Positions 44,625-54,248 are shown, numbered from the stretch's first letter. The stretch is 64,000 nt of DNA from Planctomycetaceae bacterium (GCA_052388375.1 JBQTIG010000043.1:6865-70864), one strand, 5' to 3'. Program-made: numbers and translations. The notes: generated by a model from the letters alone, not told the origin.

Positions 44625-47450
44625 TCACCGCCGCAGGGAGGCCAGCCAGCTCTCCCCGGTGTCGCCCCGGAGGAAGCCGCCGCCCTTGAGAAGGATTTCC
44701 GCGCGGCCGTCGCCATCCAGGTCGGCCGCCGCCACCGCCGCGACGCGGAACCCCGGCTCCACGGGCGCGCCGCGCACCGGGCGGTAGGCCGCACCCTCGC
44801 GCAGAAGCGCCCACCAGGGAAGCGCCGCGCAGGGATCGTCGCCGCCGCAGGCCACGACGAGGTCGGTATCCCCGTCGCCGTCCAGGTCCGCCTCGCACCA
44901 CGCCGTCGCGCCGGGGGGGAGCCCCTCGCAGACCGCGGGCGGATCGAGGGCGAAGGCGGCCGCCGCCTCGAATCGGTAGGGCCGCTGGAACGCGGGCTGT
45001 ACGCTCGGCACGCGCGGAGCCGTGCGCACCTCCATCGACGGCAGCAGGACCGCGTGACCTCCGACGCGGGCGTCGAGCCGGCCGTCGCCGTTCGCGTCGG
45101 CGAAAGCCGCATCGGCGCCGTCCATGCGCGGGAGCGGAAGCCGCCTCATGACCCACCGACCCTCGTCGGGCAGATCGAGCAGCCGCGCCAGGAGATCGCG
45201 TTCGTCGGCGCGTCGCCGCGCCGTGTCGCCCTCCTCGAGCACGTCGGGGGGAGCCGTGCCCGGGCGGTGCCCCAGCAGCCGCGTGGCCGCATCGAGGTCG
45301 CCCAGCCGCACGCGGCAGAGCGCCGCGAGCGCGGCGGCCCTGGGATTGGCGGCGATCTGCTCGAGGGTGCGCGCCGCCATCTCCAGCTTGCCCTGAAAGA
45401 GCAGGATCCGCCCCTCGTCGAACACGGCGCCGGTCTCGTCGCGGTTCAGCTTGCGCGCGAACGCGATCTCCTGCAACGCGGCATCGAGATCGAGCATCGC
45501 GGGGCGACGCGGATCCGACAGGATGGCGGCGCGCAGCAGGTGGCCGCGCGGCAGCATCGGCTCGAGCCGCAGCAGGCGCAGGCAGAGAGCCAGCCCCTCC
45601 TCGGGCTCCACGAGCATGGCGAGGTTGTAGAGGGCGGTCCCGTTCTCTGGATCGAGGCGCAGGACTTCGCGGTACAACGCGGCGGCCCGCTGCTGCTCCC
45701 CCGCGGCGAGCGCGTCCCCCGCCTCGTCGAGCTGCGGCCCGAGGGCGCGCGAATCCACCTCGCGCACGACGAGCCTTTGGCCGGCGGGAACGCCCCTGCG
45801 CTCCACGACGGCGCCGGACGGGAACCGCACCACGACCCGCTCGGCACGCGCGGCACGGCCCAGGCCGAAGTGGAGCTCGTGCGGCCCCGAAGAGAGGTAG
45901 GAGACCTTGGCCCCCACCTGCTGGACCTCGCGGCCGCCTCCCGCCTCAACGGTCACCCGCGCCCCGTAGCCGAACGGGTTAGGGGCCGACCCGCGGACCT
46001 CCACGACCAGGTGGCTTCCCTTCGTCTCCGTCTCATTGAGGAGCAGCAGCGCGGGCCCACCGTGGACGACGACCACGACGTCGAGATCGCCGTCCCCATC
46101 CACGTCGCCCAGGGCGCCGCCGCGGCCGACGATCGGCCGTGCCAGCGCCTCGCCGGCGCGGGGCGCGAGATCGAAGAATCGCTTGCCGCCGTTCCAGAAG
46201 ATCTGGAGCGGCATCGGCACCAGGAATTGCGGCGAACCCGGCTCCTCGAAGGTGCTTCCGTTCACGACGACGAGGTCGGGGCGACCGTCGCGATCGAGAT
46301 CACCGAAGTCGCACGCCCAGCCGACGAGCATGCGACTCGGCGGCCCGAGGTAGCTCTCCATCGCGGCGTCGCGGAAGAAGAAGTCCCCCTCCTCCTTGAG
46401 GTAGAGGGTGTTCTCCTCGGAGATCCAGTGCGTGATGAAGATGTCGAGGTCGCCGTCCCGGTCCGGGTCCCCCACCGCGAGCCCCATCGCGCCACGCCAG
46501 TCGGCGGTGCAGGAGCGGTGCGTCGCATCCTCGAACGGCTCCCCCCGCCGTCCCCGGAACATGGCGTTGTCCGACACGTCGTTGGCCACGTAGAGGTCCA
46601 GCACGCCGTCCCCGTCGAAGTCGGCGAAGACCGCTTGCAGGCTCCTCCCGCCGGGGTTGTCGACCCCCATCGCGCGCGCGGCCTCGGTGAAGCGGCTGTT
46701 CCCGTCGTTGAGGTAGAGCAGATTGGGCTCCGCCGGATAGGCGGAGGGGTTGAGGGTGACCGGCAGCGTGTGGGAGCCGCGTCCGCTCCCGCTCGCTTCG
46801 ACCGATTCGTCGAAGCGGACGTACCGGCAAGCATAGAGATCGAGGTCGCCGTCCCCGTCCGCGTCGCCCCAACAGGCGCCGGCGCTGAACCCTCCCCCGC
46901 CCACGCCCGCCTCCTCGGTCACGTCGGTGAAGTTGCCCGCCCCGTCGTTGCGAAGGAGGAGGTTGCGACCGTATCCGGTGAGGTAGACATCCATGTCCCC
47001 ATCGGCGTCGAAATCCGCGGCGGCCACGCCCATTCCTTGGAGAGAGGGAAGGGGAATCCTGTTTTGTTCGAAGACGCAACCGCCGCGGTTGATCCAGAGT
47101 TCGGGGGCGGGGGGCTCGCTCCCCCTGGGCCCGCAGTTGGCGAAGAGCAAGTCGAGGAGCCCGTCGCCGTTGAAGTCCTCCAGCGCGACTCCCGAGCCCA
47201 TGTCCTCGGGGAGGCGATGCGTCCGGACGCCGGGAAAGTGGCGGAACGGGAGCTCGATCCGTGCGAATCGGAGGCGCGGGGCGGACGCGGGAGCCGTCGC
47301 GGCCCACTCGTCGGTCACGCCGAGCCCGAGCCCGCCCGGGGGCGCGGCGCGCTCCCGCGGGAGGAGCGTGAGCGCGAGTCCCGTTCCCGCGACGAGGCTG
47401 AGCGCCGCGAACAGCCCGTAGCCGAGGAGGAGCTTCCGCTTCTTCTTCAC
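44625..47450 (-). CDS. FG-GAP/VCBS repeat + ASPIC/UnbV (CRTAC1-like) protein with TPR region
   Basis: The GTG at 47450 overlaps the cytochrome stop (GTGA). After a signal/TM (LLLGYGLFAALSLVAG) come repeated DFNGDGLLD, DADGDMD, DGDGDLD and DRDGDLD calcium-binding FG-GAP motifs. An UnbV-like segment follows (GYGARVTVEAGGREVQQVGAKVSYLSSGPHELHFGLG), then TPR helices and further FG-GAP repeats. Confidence 0.8.
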   Translation of the reverse strand: MKKKRKLLLGYGLFAALSLVAGTGLALTLLPRERAAPPGGLGLGVTDEWAATAPASAPRLRFARIELPFRHFPGVRTHRLPEDMGSGVALEDFNGDGLLDLLFANCGPRGSEPPAPELWINRGGCVFEQNRIPLPSLQGMGVAAADFDADGDMDVYLTGYGRNLLLRNDGAGNFTDVTEEAGVGGGGFSAGACWGDADGDGDLDLYACRYVRFDESVEASGSGRGSHTLPVTLNPSAYPAEPNLLYLNDGNSRFTEAARAMGVDNPGGRSLQAVFADFDGDGVLDLYVANDVSDNAMFRGRRGEPFEDATHRSCTADWRGAMGLAVGDPDRDGDLDIFITHWISEENTLYLKEEGDFFFRDAAMESYLGPPSRMLVGWACDFGDLDRDGRPDLVVVNGSTFEEPGSPQFLVPMPLQIFWNGGKRFFDLAPRAGEALARPIVGRGGALGDVDGDGDLDVVVVVHGGPALLLLNETETKGSHLVVEVRGSAPNPFGYGARVTVEAGGGREVQQVGAKVSYLSSGPHELHFGLGRAARAERVVVRFPSGAVVERRGVPAGQRLVVREVDSRALGPQLDEAGDALAAGEQQRAAALYREVLRLDPENGTALYNLAMLVEPEEGLALCLRLLRLEPMLPRGHLLRAAILSDPRRPAMLDLDAALQEIAFARKLNRDETGAVFDEGRILLFQGKLEMAARTLEQIAANPRAAALAALCRVRLGDLDAATRLLGHRPGTAPPDVLEEGDTARRRADERDLLARLLDLPDEGRWVMRRLPLPRMDGADAAFADANGDGRLDARVGGHAVLLPSMEVRTAPRVPSVQPAFQRPYRFEAAAAFALDPPAVCEGLPPGATAWCEADLDGDGDTDLVVACGGDDPCAALPWWALLREGAAYRPVRGAPVEPGFRVAAVAAADLDGDGRAEILLKGGGFLRGDTGESWLASLRR

Positions 47451-49768
47451 GGGGCTTCCGCGATCCGGATGCGACGCACGACCGTGGTCATGTCGGTCAC
47501 GGGCGCGCGGCTCTTGCCGCTGGGGTCGAACATGTTGAGGAGCGTCTGGTCCACCTTGCGGTAGCGCAACGTGGCCGTGACGACCAGTTCCCCTGACGCG
47601 GGCGCCTCGAACTCGGCCCTCGCGTCCTCGAGCGCGGCCGGGGGGCTCTCGCAGACGAACGTGTACTCCTCGCGGTCGCTGTGGCCGGGGAAGAGCATGC
47701 GCCGGAACCGCGAACCCACCATGTCCCAGAGGTTGTGGCGGTCGATGAGGTTGCCGGCGCGGTCGACGCCCTCCGCCTTGAACAGGAACGAGGCTGGATC
47801 GAGGAACCCCTGTTCGTCGAGCCCGCCGGACCGGAACACCACCTCCTCTCCGCGGGTCACGACGACCTCGATCCAGGCCTGGATGACGTCGAGGGGGCCG
47901 GTCGGGAAGGTGTGGCCCACCTTGCGGTTGTCGGCGAGGACGCGCAAGCGCACCGTCTCCCCCGGGCGCACCGCCTCCGGAGCTTCGATGGCGAGCGGGA
48001 CGATCGGACCGGCCGGCCAGCGGTCGGCGATCTCGGGAATGACGGTTTCGCCGCGGAGCCACTCGTCGGTGAGGCGGACGTGGCGCTCCGCGTGCGGGAG
48101 ACCGTGCAGGAGGGGAAGCCACTGATTGGCGGCGATGAAGCCGTGATGCCTGTGGCGGCCCCCGTTCGCCGCCACGGCCGGGTCGGGCGATTCGACCTGG
48201 CGCATGTGGCAGTCGCGGCAGGCCAGCGCCTTGGTTTCGTCGTGGCGGCCCGGGTTCCTGGGGTCCGGCACGAACCAGTGGCTGCCCTTCCAGGCGTCGT
48301 ACTGGTTCTGCAGCTGCACGCGGGTGGAACGGTTGAGGTCTTTGTCGATGAACTGCTTGTGGCAGGCGCCGCAGAACTCGGGAGTCTTGAGGAGCGGGCG
48401 CGCCAGGCTCGCCTTGTGGTACCGGGGGTAGGCACGGATGAGGAACCGCCCCAGGAAGCCCTCCTCCCCCAGATACCGCTGCGGAGGGGAGAGCGTGTAG
48501 TTCGCGTTGCCATCCACGTCGGATCGGACGATCGCGTGGCAGCTGATGCAGGAAACCCCCTCGTCGGCACCGGGGCTCGACAGGTCCTCGTTGTAGATGT
48601 TCTTGGATCCCGAGAAGAGGGCGATCGGGTCGTGACAGCCCGCGCAGTATCGCGTCGATTCCGCGCCGTTCGCTTCCGCCATCGCGCCCTGGATGAGCTG
48701 GAAGAAGGCGGAACGGGAGGCGTAGCGGTGAGCCGAGGGCTCCCACTCCTCGAGGATCTGCTCATGACAGCCGGTCGTGCCGCAGGTGCGGGATCCCGAC
48801 AGGGCCTCGGGCGCGATCCCGCCGCTCTCCTCGAACGCCGCGCGGTTCCGCTCCAGGTCGGCGCGCGCGCGGGCAAGGAGCCCTTCGAGGAGCTCCCTCT
48901 GCACGGCCGGGCTCGGCTCCTCCGAGACGGCCCGCAAGGCGGCGATGCGGCCGCCGTCGAGACTGTGGCCGTCCAGCTCCTCCGGGTGGCTCTCGCCCCG
49001 CCGCATGGACTCGGAGTCGGCCGCGTGCGCCCGCTCCGCGGCGCCCAGGAAGCCCGCGATCGCCTCGGGTGTCGCGTGCTCGGGCTCGGCGGCCAGCTCT
49101 TCCAGGAAGGCGACCCAGCGCCGGTCGGTGTCGAGGCGGAACAGCCAGTCGGTGCGCGCCAAGCTGGGCCGGAAGGGGTTGTCGCCATAGCGCAACCCGT
49201 AGTTTTCCGGCAGCTTGACGCGCCTTCCCGCGGGGGCCAAGAGCCCTTCCCCCCCGCCGAACACGAATGCGGCGAAGAGAAGGCCCAGCGCCGACACGCG
49301 CGCGATGAGGCTGCCTACGTAGCGCCATTCCCCTCGCCGGTTCCTTCGTACGGTAGTGGCGAGGTGGGCGCCGAGGATGGCGGGCAGGGCGCATCCCGCG
49401 ATCGTGTGCACCAAGTCCCATGCGTACCCGATGCGGCGCCCCCAGAGGGCCTGCACGGTGAGGAAGAGCCCGCTGACCAGGACCGCCAGCAGGACCGCTC
49501 CGGTCGTCCAACCCAGCAGGACCAGATGAGAGAACCGGTCGCGCCAGCGGCGCGCCAGGTGGGGCCCGAGATAGGCGCCCAGGGGCGCCAGAAAGAGGAT
49601 GCCGCCCAGCGTGTGGGCGAGGACGGTCACCTGCGCCCCCGTTCCGAACGGCGCCAGCAGGATGACCAGGCCGGTGGCCGTAAGGAACACGGTCAACGCG
49701 AGGGTCCAGCGCAAGGAGCGCTTCCCCCATGCCTCGCGCGTCTCGGTCGCCAACTCGAGCTGTTTCAT
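47447..49768 (-). CDS. membrane-integral (about 5 TM, His-bearing) domain fused to a periplasmic multiheme cytochrome c
   Basis: Start at Met22 of the track ORF. There are five N-terminal helices with His52/70/81/121/135. Heme motifs are CAGCH, CISCH, CGACH and CRDCH, plus an atypical CGTTGCH (C-x4-CH). The C-terminal region is beta-rich. Confidence 0.8.
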   Translation of the reverse strand: MKQLELATETREAWGKRSLRWTLALTVFLTATGLVILLAPFGTGAQVTVLAHTLGGILFLAPLGAYLGPHLARRWRDRFSHLVLLGWTTGAVLLAVLVSGLFLTVQALWGRRIGYAWDLVHTIAGCALPAILGAHLATTVRRNRRGEWRYVGSLIARVSALGLLFAAFVFGGGEGLLAPAGRRVKLPENYGLRYGDNPFRPSLARTDWLFRLDTDRRWVAFLEELAAEPEHATPEAIAGFLGAAERAHAADSESMRRGESHPEELDGHSLDGGRIAALRAVSEEPSPAVQRELLEGLLARARADLERNRAAFEESGGIAPEALSGSRTCGTTGCHEQILEEWEPSAHRYASRSAFFQLIQGAMAEANGAESTRYCAGCHDPIALFSGSKNIYNEDLSSPGADEGVSCISCHAIVRSDVDGNANYTLSPPQRYLGEEGFLGRFLIRAYPRYHKASLARPLLKTPEFCGACHKQFIDKDLNRSTRVQLQNQYDAWKGSHWFVPDPRNPGRHDETKALACRDCHMRQVESPDPAVAANGGRHRHHGFIAANQWLPLLHGLPHAERHVRLTDEWLRGETVIPEIADRWPAGPIVPLAIEAPEAVRPGETVRLRVLADNRKVGHTFPTGPLDVIQAWIEVVVTRGEEVVFRSGGLDEQGFLDPASFLFKAEGVDRAGNLIDRHNLWDMVGSRFRRMLFPGHSDREEYTFVCESPPAALEDARAEFEAPASGELVVTATLRYRKVDQTLLNMFDPSGKSRAPVTDMTTVVRRIRIAEAP

Positions 49769-49829
49769 GACTCTCTCTCTCTCCAGAGCCCGGCCATGCG
49801 GAACGCTGCGTGCGTGTTGCACCTGCAGC

Positions 49830-49845
49830 ACAAGGAGCGTGCCGT
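49830..49845 (-). promoter_or_regulatory. weak candidate sigma-54-type promoter for the cytochrome/FG-GAP operon
   Basis: The minus strand reads CGGCACGCTCCTTGTG. The -24 GGCACG is good, but the -12 is TTGT rather than TTGC. It lies about 65 nt upstream of the ATG and faces the divergent sigma-54 activator gene. Confidence 0.3.
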
Positions 49846-49878
49846 ACCCAGTCTCGTGCCGGGCAAGGAGTTAGAGCG

Positions 49879-51246
49879 ATGACGACGATGCGCAGCGACG
49901 AAACCGTTGCAACGCATGGGTTGCAGAAGGACGCGCTGAATTGCGCACAACCCGGGGGTTTCCACGCCCTGCTCGACGTCCTGCCGGTAGGCGTTTTCGT
50001 CATCGACGAAGAGCAGCGGGTCTGTTCCATCAACCCTGCGGCCGCGAAGATCCTGGGGGTCGAGGCCGAGGCCGCGGTCGGGAGCACCTGCGAGCAACTG
50101 ATGCGCTGCCGCATTTGCGGACCCGCCTGCGCCACCTGCCATGCCCAGGAGTCGGGCCAGCCCCAGCTCGGCTTCCCCACCGAGATCCGCCGGCGGGACG
50201 GCACCACCTGCTCCCTCCTCATCGACGCCGTGCCGGTGGATGCGAGGCGCGTGGCGGTCATCCTGCGCGACGTGACCGAGGGGGTGCGGATTCGACTGGC
50301 GATGCAGGCGCTCCAGGAGCGCTGGGTGTTTCACGGCATGCTCTGCGTCTCCGCCTCGATGAAGGAGATCGTGGGCCAGATCCGGGACGTCGCGCCCTAC
50401 GCTTCGACCGTCCTGGTCCTGGGCGAGAGCGGCACCGGCAAGGAGGTGGTCGCCCGTGCCATCCACGCGGAGAGCCCGCGCTCCGCCAAGCCGATCGTCG
50501 CCGTGAACTGCTCCGCCTACTCGGAGAATCTCCTGGAGTCGGAACTCTTCGGCCATGTACGGGGGAGCTTCACGGGGGCCGAGCGCGATCGCCGCGGGCG
50601 CTTCGAGATGGCGGAGGGGGGAACCGTCTTCCTGGACGAGATCGGGGAGATCTCGCCCAAGATCCAGGTGAAACTCCTGCGGGTGCTGCAGGAGCGCGAG
50701 ATCGAGCGCGTCGGGGAGAGCAAGCCGAGAGCGGTCGACATCCGGGTCGTGGCCGCGACCAACCGGGACCTGGGCCGCGAGGTGCGGGAGGGTCGCTTCC
50801 GCGAGGATCTCTACTACCGGCTGAACGTCTTCACGTTGACGCTTCCGCCGCTGCGGGAACGCCGCGAAGACATCCCCGCCCTCACGGATCACCTCCTGCA
50901 GCGGATCTCCCAGCGCACCGGCAAGAACGTGCGCCGCGTCTCCGAGGAGGCGCTCGCCATCCTGCTCCACCACTCCTGGCCCGGCAACGTCCGCGAGCTG
51001 GAGAACGTGATCGAGAACGCCGTGGTGCGGGTACGCGGCGAGGTCATCGCCGCGGCGGATCTACCCGTGCCGTTCTACGCCGACGCGGGACCGCAGATCA
51101 CCTCCCTGGACCGCGTCCGCGAGGCCCTGCGTCGCACCGGCGGCTGCGTGACCCGCGCCGCTCGCCTCCTGGGGATGCACCGCACCACGCTCTGGCGCCA
51201 TATGCGCGAGGCGGGGGTCCACCGCGCGGAGTTCCTGGCGGGTTGA
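49879..51246 (+). CDS. PAS-domain sigma-54-dependent transcriptional activator (bEBP)
   Basis: AAGGAG RBS. The PAS region ([24 protein letters not shown]) contains a Cys cluster (see findings). The AAA+ domain has GESGTGKE, the GAFTGA-equivalent GSFTGA and VRVVAATN. A C-terminal HTH reads [18 protein letters not shown]. Confidence 0.9.
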   Translation: MTTMRSDETVATHGLQKDALNCAQPGGFHALLDVLPVGVFVIDEEQRVCSINPAAAKILGVEAEAAVGSTCEQLMRCRICGPACATCHAQESGQPQLGFPTEIRRRDGTTCSLLIDAVPVDARRVAVILRDVTEGVRIRLAMQALQERWVFHGMLCVSASMKEIVGQIRDVAPYASTVLVLGESGTGKEVVARAIHAESPRSAKPIVAVNCSAYSENLLESELFGHVRGSFTGAERDRRGRFEMAEGGTVFLDEIGEISPKIQVKLLRVLQEREIERVGESKPRAVDIRVVAATNRDLGREVREGRFREDLYYRLNVFTLTLPPLRERREDIPALTDHLLQRISQRTGKNVRRVSEEALAILLHHSWPGNVRELENVIENAVVRVRGEVIAAADLPVPFYADAGPQITSLDRVREALRRTGGCVTRAARLLGMHRTTLWRHMREAGVHRAEFLAG

Positions 51247-51249
51247 CCG

Positions 51250-53103
51250 ATGCGCGCCACTTGGGCGTGGGCCTCGCTCCCTCCCCTGCTCCTTGGTGCC
51301 GCCCTCGCGGCCCCGCCGCGCGAGGAGGAACAGGCCCCCGCCTCGGACTTCGCGGGCGCGGCGAGCTGTGTCGCTTGCCACGCGAGCGAGGCGCGCGCGT
51401 GGCGCGACTCCCCCCATGCGCGCCACGCGACCGCTCTAGCCGAACCGCCGGGTGGCGCGGACGCGGCGGTCGGCTCGCGCTGGATGCAGGCCTATCTGCG
51501 CCGCGATGCGCAGGGGTACCACCGCATCCTCCCGGACTGCTTCGATCTCCGCACCGGGCAGTGGGTCGCCGTCGATGCGGTGCTCGATGCGATCCGGGGC
51601 GACCCCTCGGGCTGGCCCCCGGTGCCCCACGTCGCCCTCGCGGGACGCAGCTTCGAGATCGACTGCTCGGGCTGCCACGCCAGCCGAGCCGAACTCGCCC
51701 TCGATCCGGCCTCCGGAGGCATGCGCGCGCGCTGGGACGATGCCGCCATCGACTGCGAGGCGTGCCACGGACCGGGGGCGGCGCACGCCGAGGCCTGGGC
51801 GCGCCGCGACTCCTCCGTCCCCATGCCGCGCCTGGAAAAGCTCAGTCCCCGGGAGCAGAACGCGATCTGCGCGCGCTGTCACGGAGGCCCTCCCACCGCT
51901 GCGGAGTTCCAGCCCTCCGATGCGGGCGCCTACATCGCCTCCCTCGACGACCGCATCGGATTCTTCCCGGACGGCGCCGCCTCGGGGCAGGTCTACCAGA
52001 TCGCCGCGTTCGCGCGGAGCCCCTGCACCCTTGAGGCAGGGCTCACCTGCGCCGACTGCCACGATCCGCACGGCCCCGGGCTCCGGCCCGCGCCCCACGC
52101 CGACGCCCAGTGCACCCGCTGCCACGAGGAGAAGGCGGGGCGCGCCCACACCTTCCACGACCCGCGCGGGGAGGGCGCGCGCTGCGTCTCCTGCCACATG
52201 CCGCGTCTCCTCTCGGGCATCATGGCCCACCAGCGGGACCACCGCATCGGCATCCCGCTGCCGCAGTCCCCGCACGCCCCCGACGCCTGCACCGCCTGCC
52301 ACGCCGACCAGAGCAAGGAGTGGGCTTCCGAGGCGTGGGGCAGATGGTGGGGCGAGCCGCCGGCCGCGACGCTCGAAGCGATCCTCGCGAACCGCCTCGC
52401 GCGCGACGCGAATCCCGGCGCGACGCCGCTGCTCCGCCGCGCGCTCACCCACCCCGACCCCTTTTTCCGCGCCAATGCCGCCATCTCGCTCCGCGATCCC
52501 GCGAGCCTGTTCGACGACCCGGTGCCGGAGGTGAGACTCGCCGGCGTGCGGGCGGCCGCCCACGGGAGTGATCCGGAGCGGGACCTGCAGCGGTGGCTCG
52601 GGGACACCGAGCCTCGCGTGCGCGCGGCGGCGCTGATCGAGCGGCTCAGGCTCGGCCATCCGCTCGAGCCGCGCTACCGGGACGATCTGGCCCTGGCGGC
52701 GCGGCACCTACGCGACCTGCCGGAGGCGCGCGTCGCCCTCGGCGTCTGGAACCTCCAGGAGGAGCGCCCCCTCGAGGCGCTCCGCGCGTTCCAGGGCGCC
52801 CTCGCCTTCCGTCCAGGCCAGTGCGATGCGTGGCTCGGGCTGGCGACCGCGCTGACGCAGCTGGGCCGCACGGATGAGGCGCTCCAGGCGTCCGCCCGGC
52901 GCGCCGAACTTCTGGCCGCCGCCTCCACGCGCAACCCGGCCGATGCCGTGCTGGCGGTGGAGGCCGCCTCCGCCTGCATCGTCGCGGGTCTTCGCGACCG
53001 TGCCGGCGACCTGCTGCGCGGCGCGGCGGGGCGCCAGCCCCCCGGAGCGACGCGCACGGCGCTCTTTGCGATGCTCGAGCGACTCGCGAAGGAGGGCCCG
53101 TGA
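51250..53103 (+). CDS. octaheme cytochrome c with C-terminal HEAT/TPR-like domain
   Basis: Signal peptide, then eight CxxCH motifs (CVACH, CSGCH, CEACH, CARCH, CADCH, CTRCH, CVSCH, CTACH). About 230 aa of helical repeats follow. It starts 3 nt after the activator stop. Confidence 0.8.
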   Translation: MRATWAWASLPPLLLGAALAAPPREEEQAPASDFAGAASCVACHASEARAWRDSPHARHATALAEPPGGADAAVGSRWMQAYLRRDAQGYHRILPDCFDLRTGQWVAVDAVLDAIRGDPSGWPPVPHVALAGRSFEIDCSGCHASRAELALDPASGGMRARWDDAAIDCEACHGPGAAHAEAWARRDSSVPMPRLEKLSPREQNAICARCHGGPPTAAEFQPSDAGAYIASLDDRIGFFPDGAASGQVYQIAAFARSPCTLEAGLTCADCHDPHGPGLRPAPHADAQCTRCHEEKAGRAHTFHDPRGEGARCVSCHMPRLLSGIMAHQRDHRIGIPLPQSPHAPDACTACHADQSKEWASEAWGRWWGEPPAATLEAILANRLARDANPGATPLLRRALTHPDPFFRANAAISLRDPASLFDDPVPEVRLAGVRAAAHGSDPERDLQRWLGDTEPRVRAAALIERLRLGHPLEPRYRDDLALAARHLRDLPEARVALGVWNLQEERPLEALRAFQGALAFRPGQCDAWLGLATALTQLGRTDEALQASARRAELLAAASTRNPADAVLAVEAASACIVAGLRDRAGDLLRGAAGRQPPGATRTALFAMLERLAKEGP

Positions 53104-54248
53104 GGACCCTTCTCTGCCTCTTGGCGGCGGCAGCCGCGCTCACCCTCGCCTCGGCCGTCGCGCGCGATCGGAACGGCTCGAGGCAGGCGACGGCCCCCGC
53201 GCCCCCTCGGGAGTCCTGCCAGGGCTGCCACGCGGAACGCCACCCGGGCCTCATCGCGCAGTGGGAAGGCGGCGCCCATGCAAAGGCCGGCGTCTCCTGC
53301 GAGGAGTGCCATGGCGAGGACCACGACGCGATCTTCACCAGCAAGGGCAGCGTCCCGATAGGCCGCTGCCAGGACTGCCACCCGAAGGAGGCGCAGGAGT
53401 TCCGGCACAGCGCCCACAACCGGGCGCTTCCCGAAGCGCTCGCCAACGCGCGGCTCTTGGCGCAGATCCCCGCGATGCAGCGGCGCGGCTGCCTCGGCTG
53501 TCACGACATGGGGGGGGACCGGGGGGGGCGCTGCAACGCCTGCCATGGGGCGCATCGCTTCTCGGCGGAGGAGGCGCGCTCGCCGGAGTCCTGCGGCAGC
53601 TGCCACACGGGTCCCGATCACCCCCACATCGAAGCGTGGGAGGCCTCGCGCCACGGCGTCGCCTACCGCACCAGCCGGGATGAGCGCATCGCGCCCACGT
53701 GCGCCAGCTGCCACATGCCCGCCGGCACCCACGACGTGTCGGGCGGGATCACGATCGGGCGGGCCGGGTCGGGCGCGGTTCTCGAAGGCGAGACGCCGCC
53801 CATTCCGATGAAGGCGATTTCGGCTGCGCGGGCTGAGGAGGAGCGCGCGGTCATGCTGGAGCGGTGCGCTGCCTGCCACACCCGCCGCGTCGCGCGGGAG
53901 GCGCTCGAAGATGCCGACGAGATCAAGCGCGAGGCGGATCGGCTCGTCGGGGAGGCGGCGCGCATCGTGCGGGGCCTCTACGAGGACCGTCTGCTCGATC
54001 CCATGCCCGAAGAACGGGTGGCGCATCCCACGGCGGGCCACGCGCTCGTCCTGGGAGGGCCCATGCTCTACGAGAACCAGAGCGAGGCGGAACGGATCTT
54101 CTTTGATCTCGCCAAGTTCGCCCACGCCATCACGTTCAAGGGTGCTTACCATTTGTCGCCCGACCACACCCACTGGCTCGGCATCGCTCGGTTGAAGGCG
54201 AGTCTGGAAGCGCTCCGGGCGGAGGAGCGTCGTCTGCGCAAGCGCTGA
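53100..54248 (+). CDS. short octaheme cytochrome c, HAO family (paralogue of 34458..36038)
   Basis: The GTG overlaps the upstream stop (GTGA). After a signal peptide there are eight CxxCH motifs (CQGCH, CEECH, CQDCH, CLGCH, CNACH, CGSCH, CASCH, CAACH). Blocks colinear with the first paralogue include CGSCHTGPDHPHIEAWEASRHGVAYR and APTCASCHM. Confidence 0.8.
   Translation: MRTLLCLLAAAAALTLASAVARDRNGSRQATAPAPPRESCQGCHAERHPGLIAQWEGGAHAKAGVSCEECHGEDHDAIFTSKGSVPIGRCQDCHPKEAQEFRHSAHNRALPEALANARLLAQIPAMQRRGCLGCHDMGGDRGGRCNACHGAHRFSAEEARSPESCGSCHTGPDHPHIEAWEASRHGVAYRTSRDERIAPTCASCHMPAGTHDVSGGITIGRAGSGAVLEGETPPIPMKAISAARAEEERAVMLERCAACHTRRVAREALEDADEIKREADRLVGEAARIVRGLYEDRLLDPMPEERVAHPTAGHALVLGGPMLYENQSEAERIFFDLAKFAHAITFKGAYHLSPDHTHWLGIARLKASLEALRAEERRLRKR

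Noticed and set aside
49771-49784. (CT)n tract immediately upstream of the multiheme cytochrome start; it reads as (GA)n on the coding strand
   Set aside because: It is most simply a purine-rich Shine-Dalgarno-like leader. It is too short and isolated to treat as a microsatellite or phase-variation tract.
51193-51208. TGGCGCCATATGCGCG near the 3' end of the activator gene, as a possible internal promoter for the octaheme operon
   Set aside because: The -12 region lacks the TT of TTGC and the match lies within coding sequence. Co-transcription with the activator is the simpler explanation.
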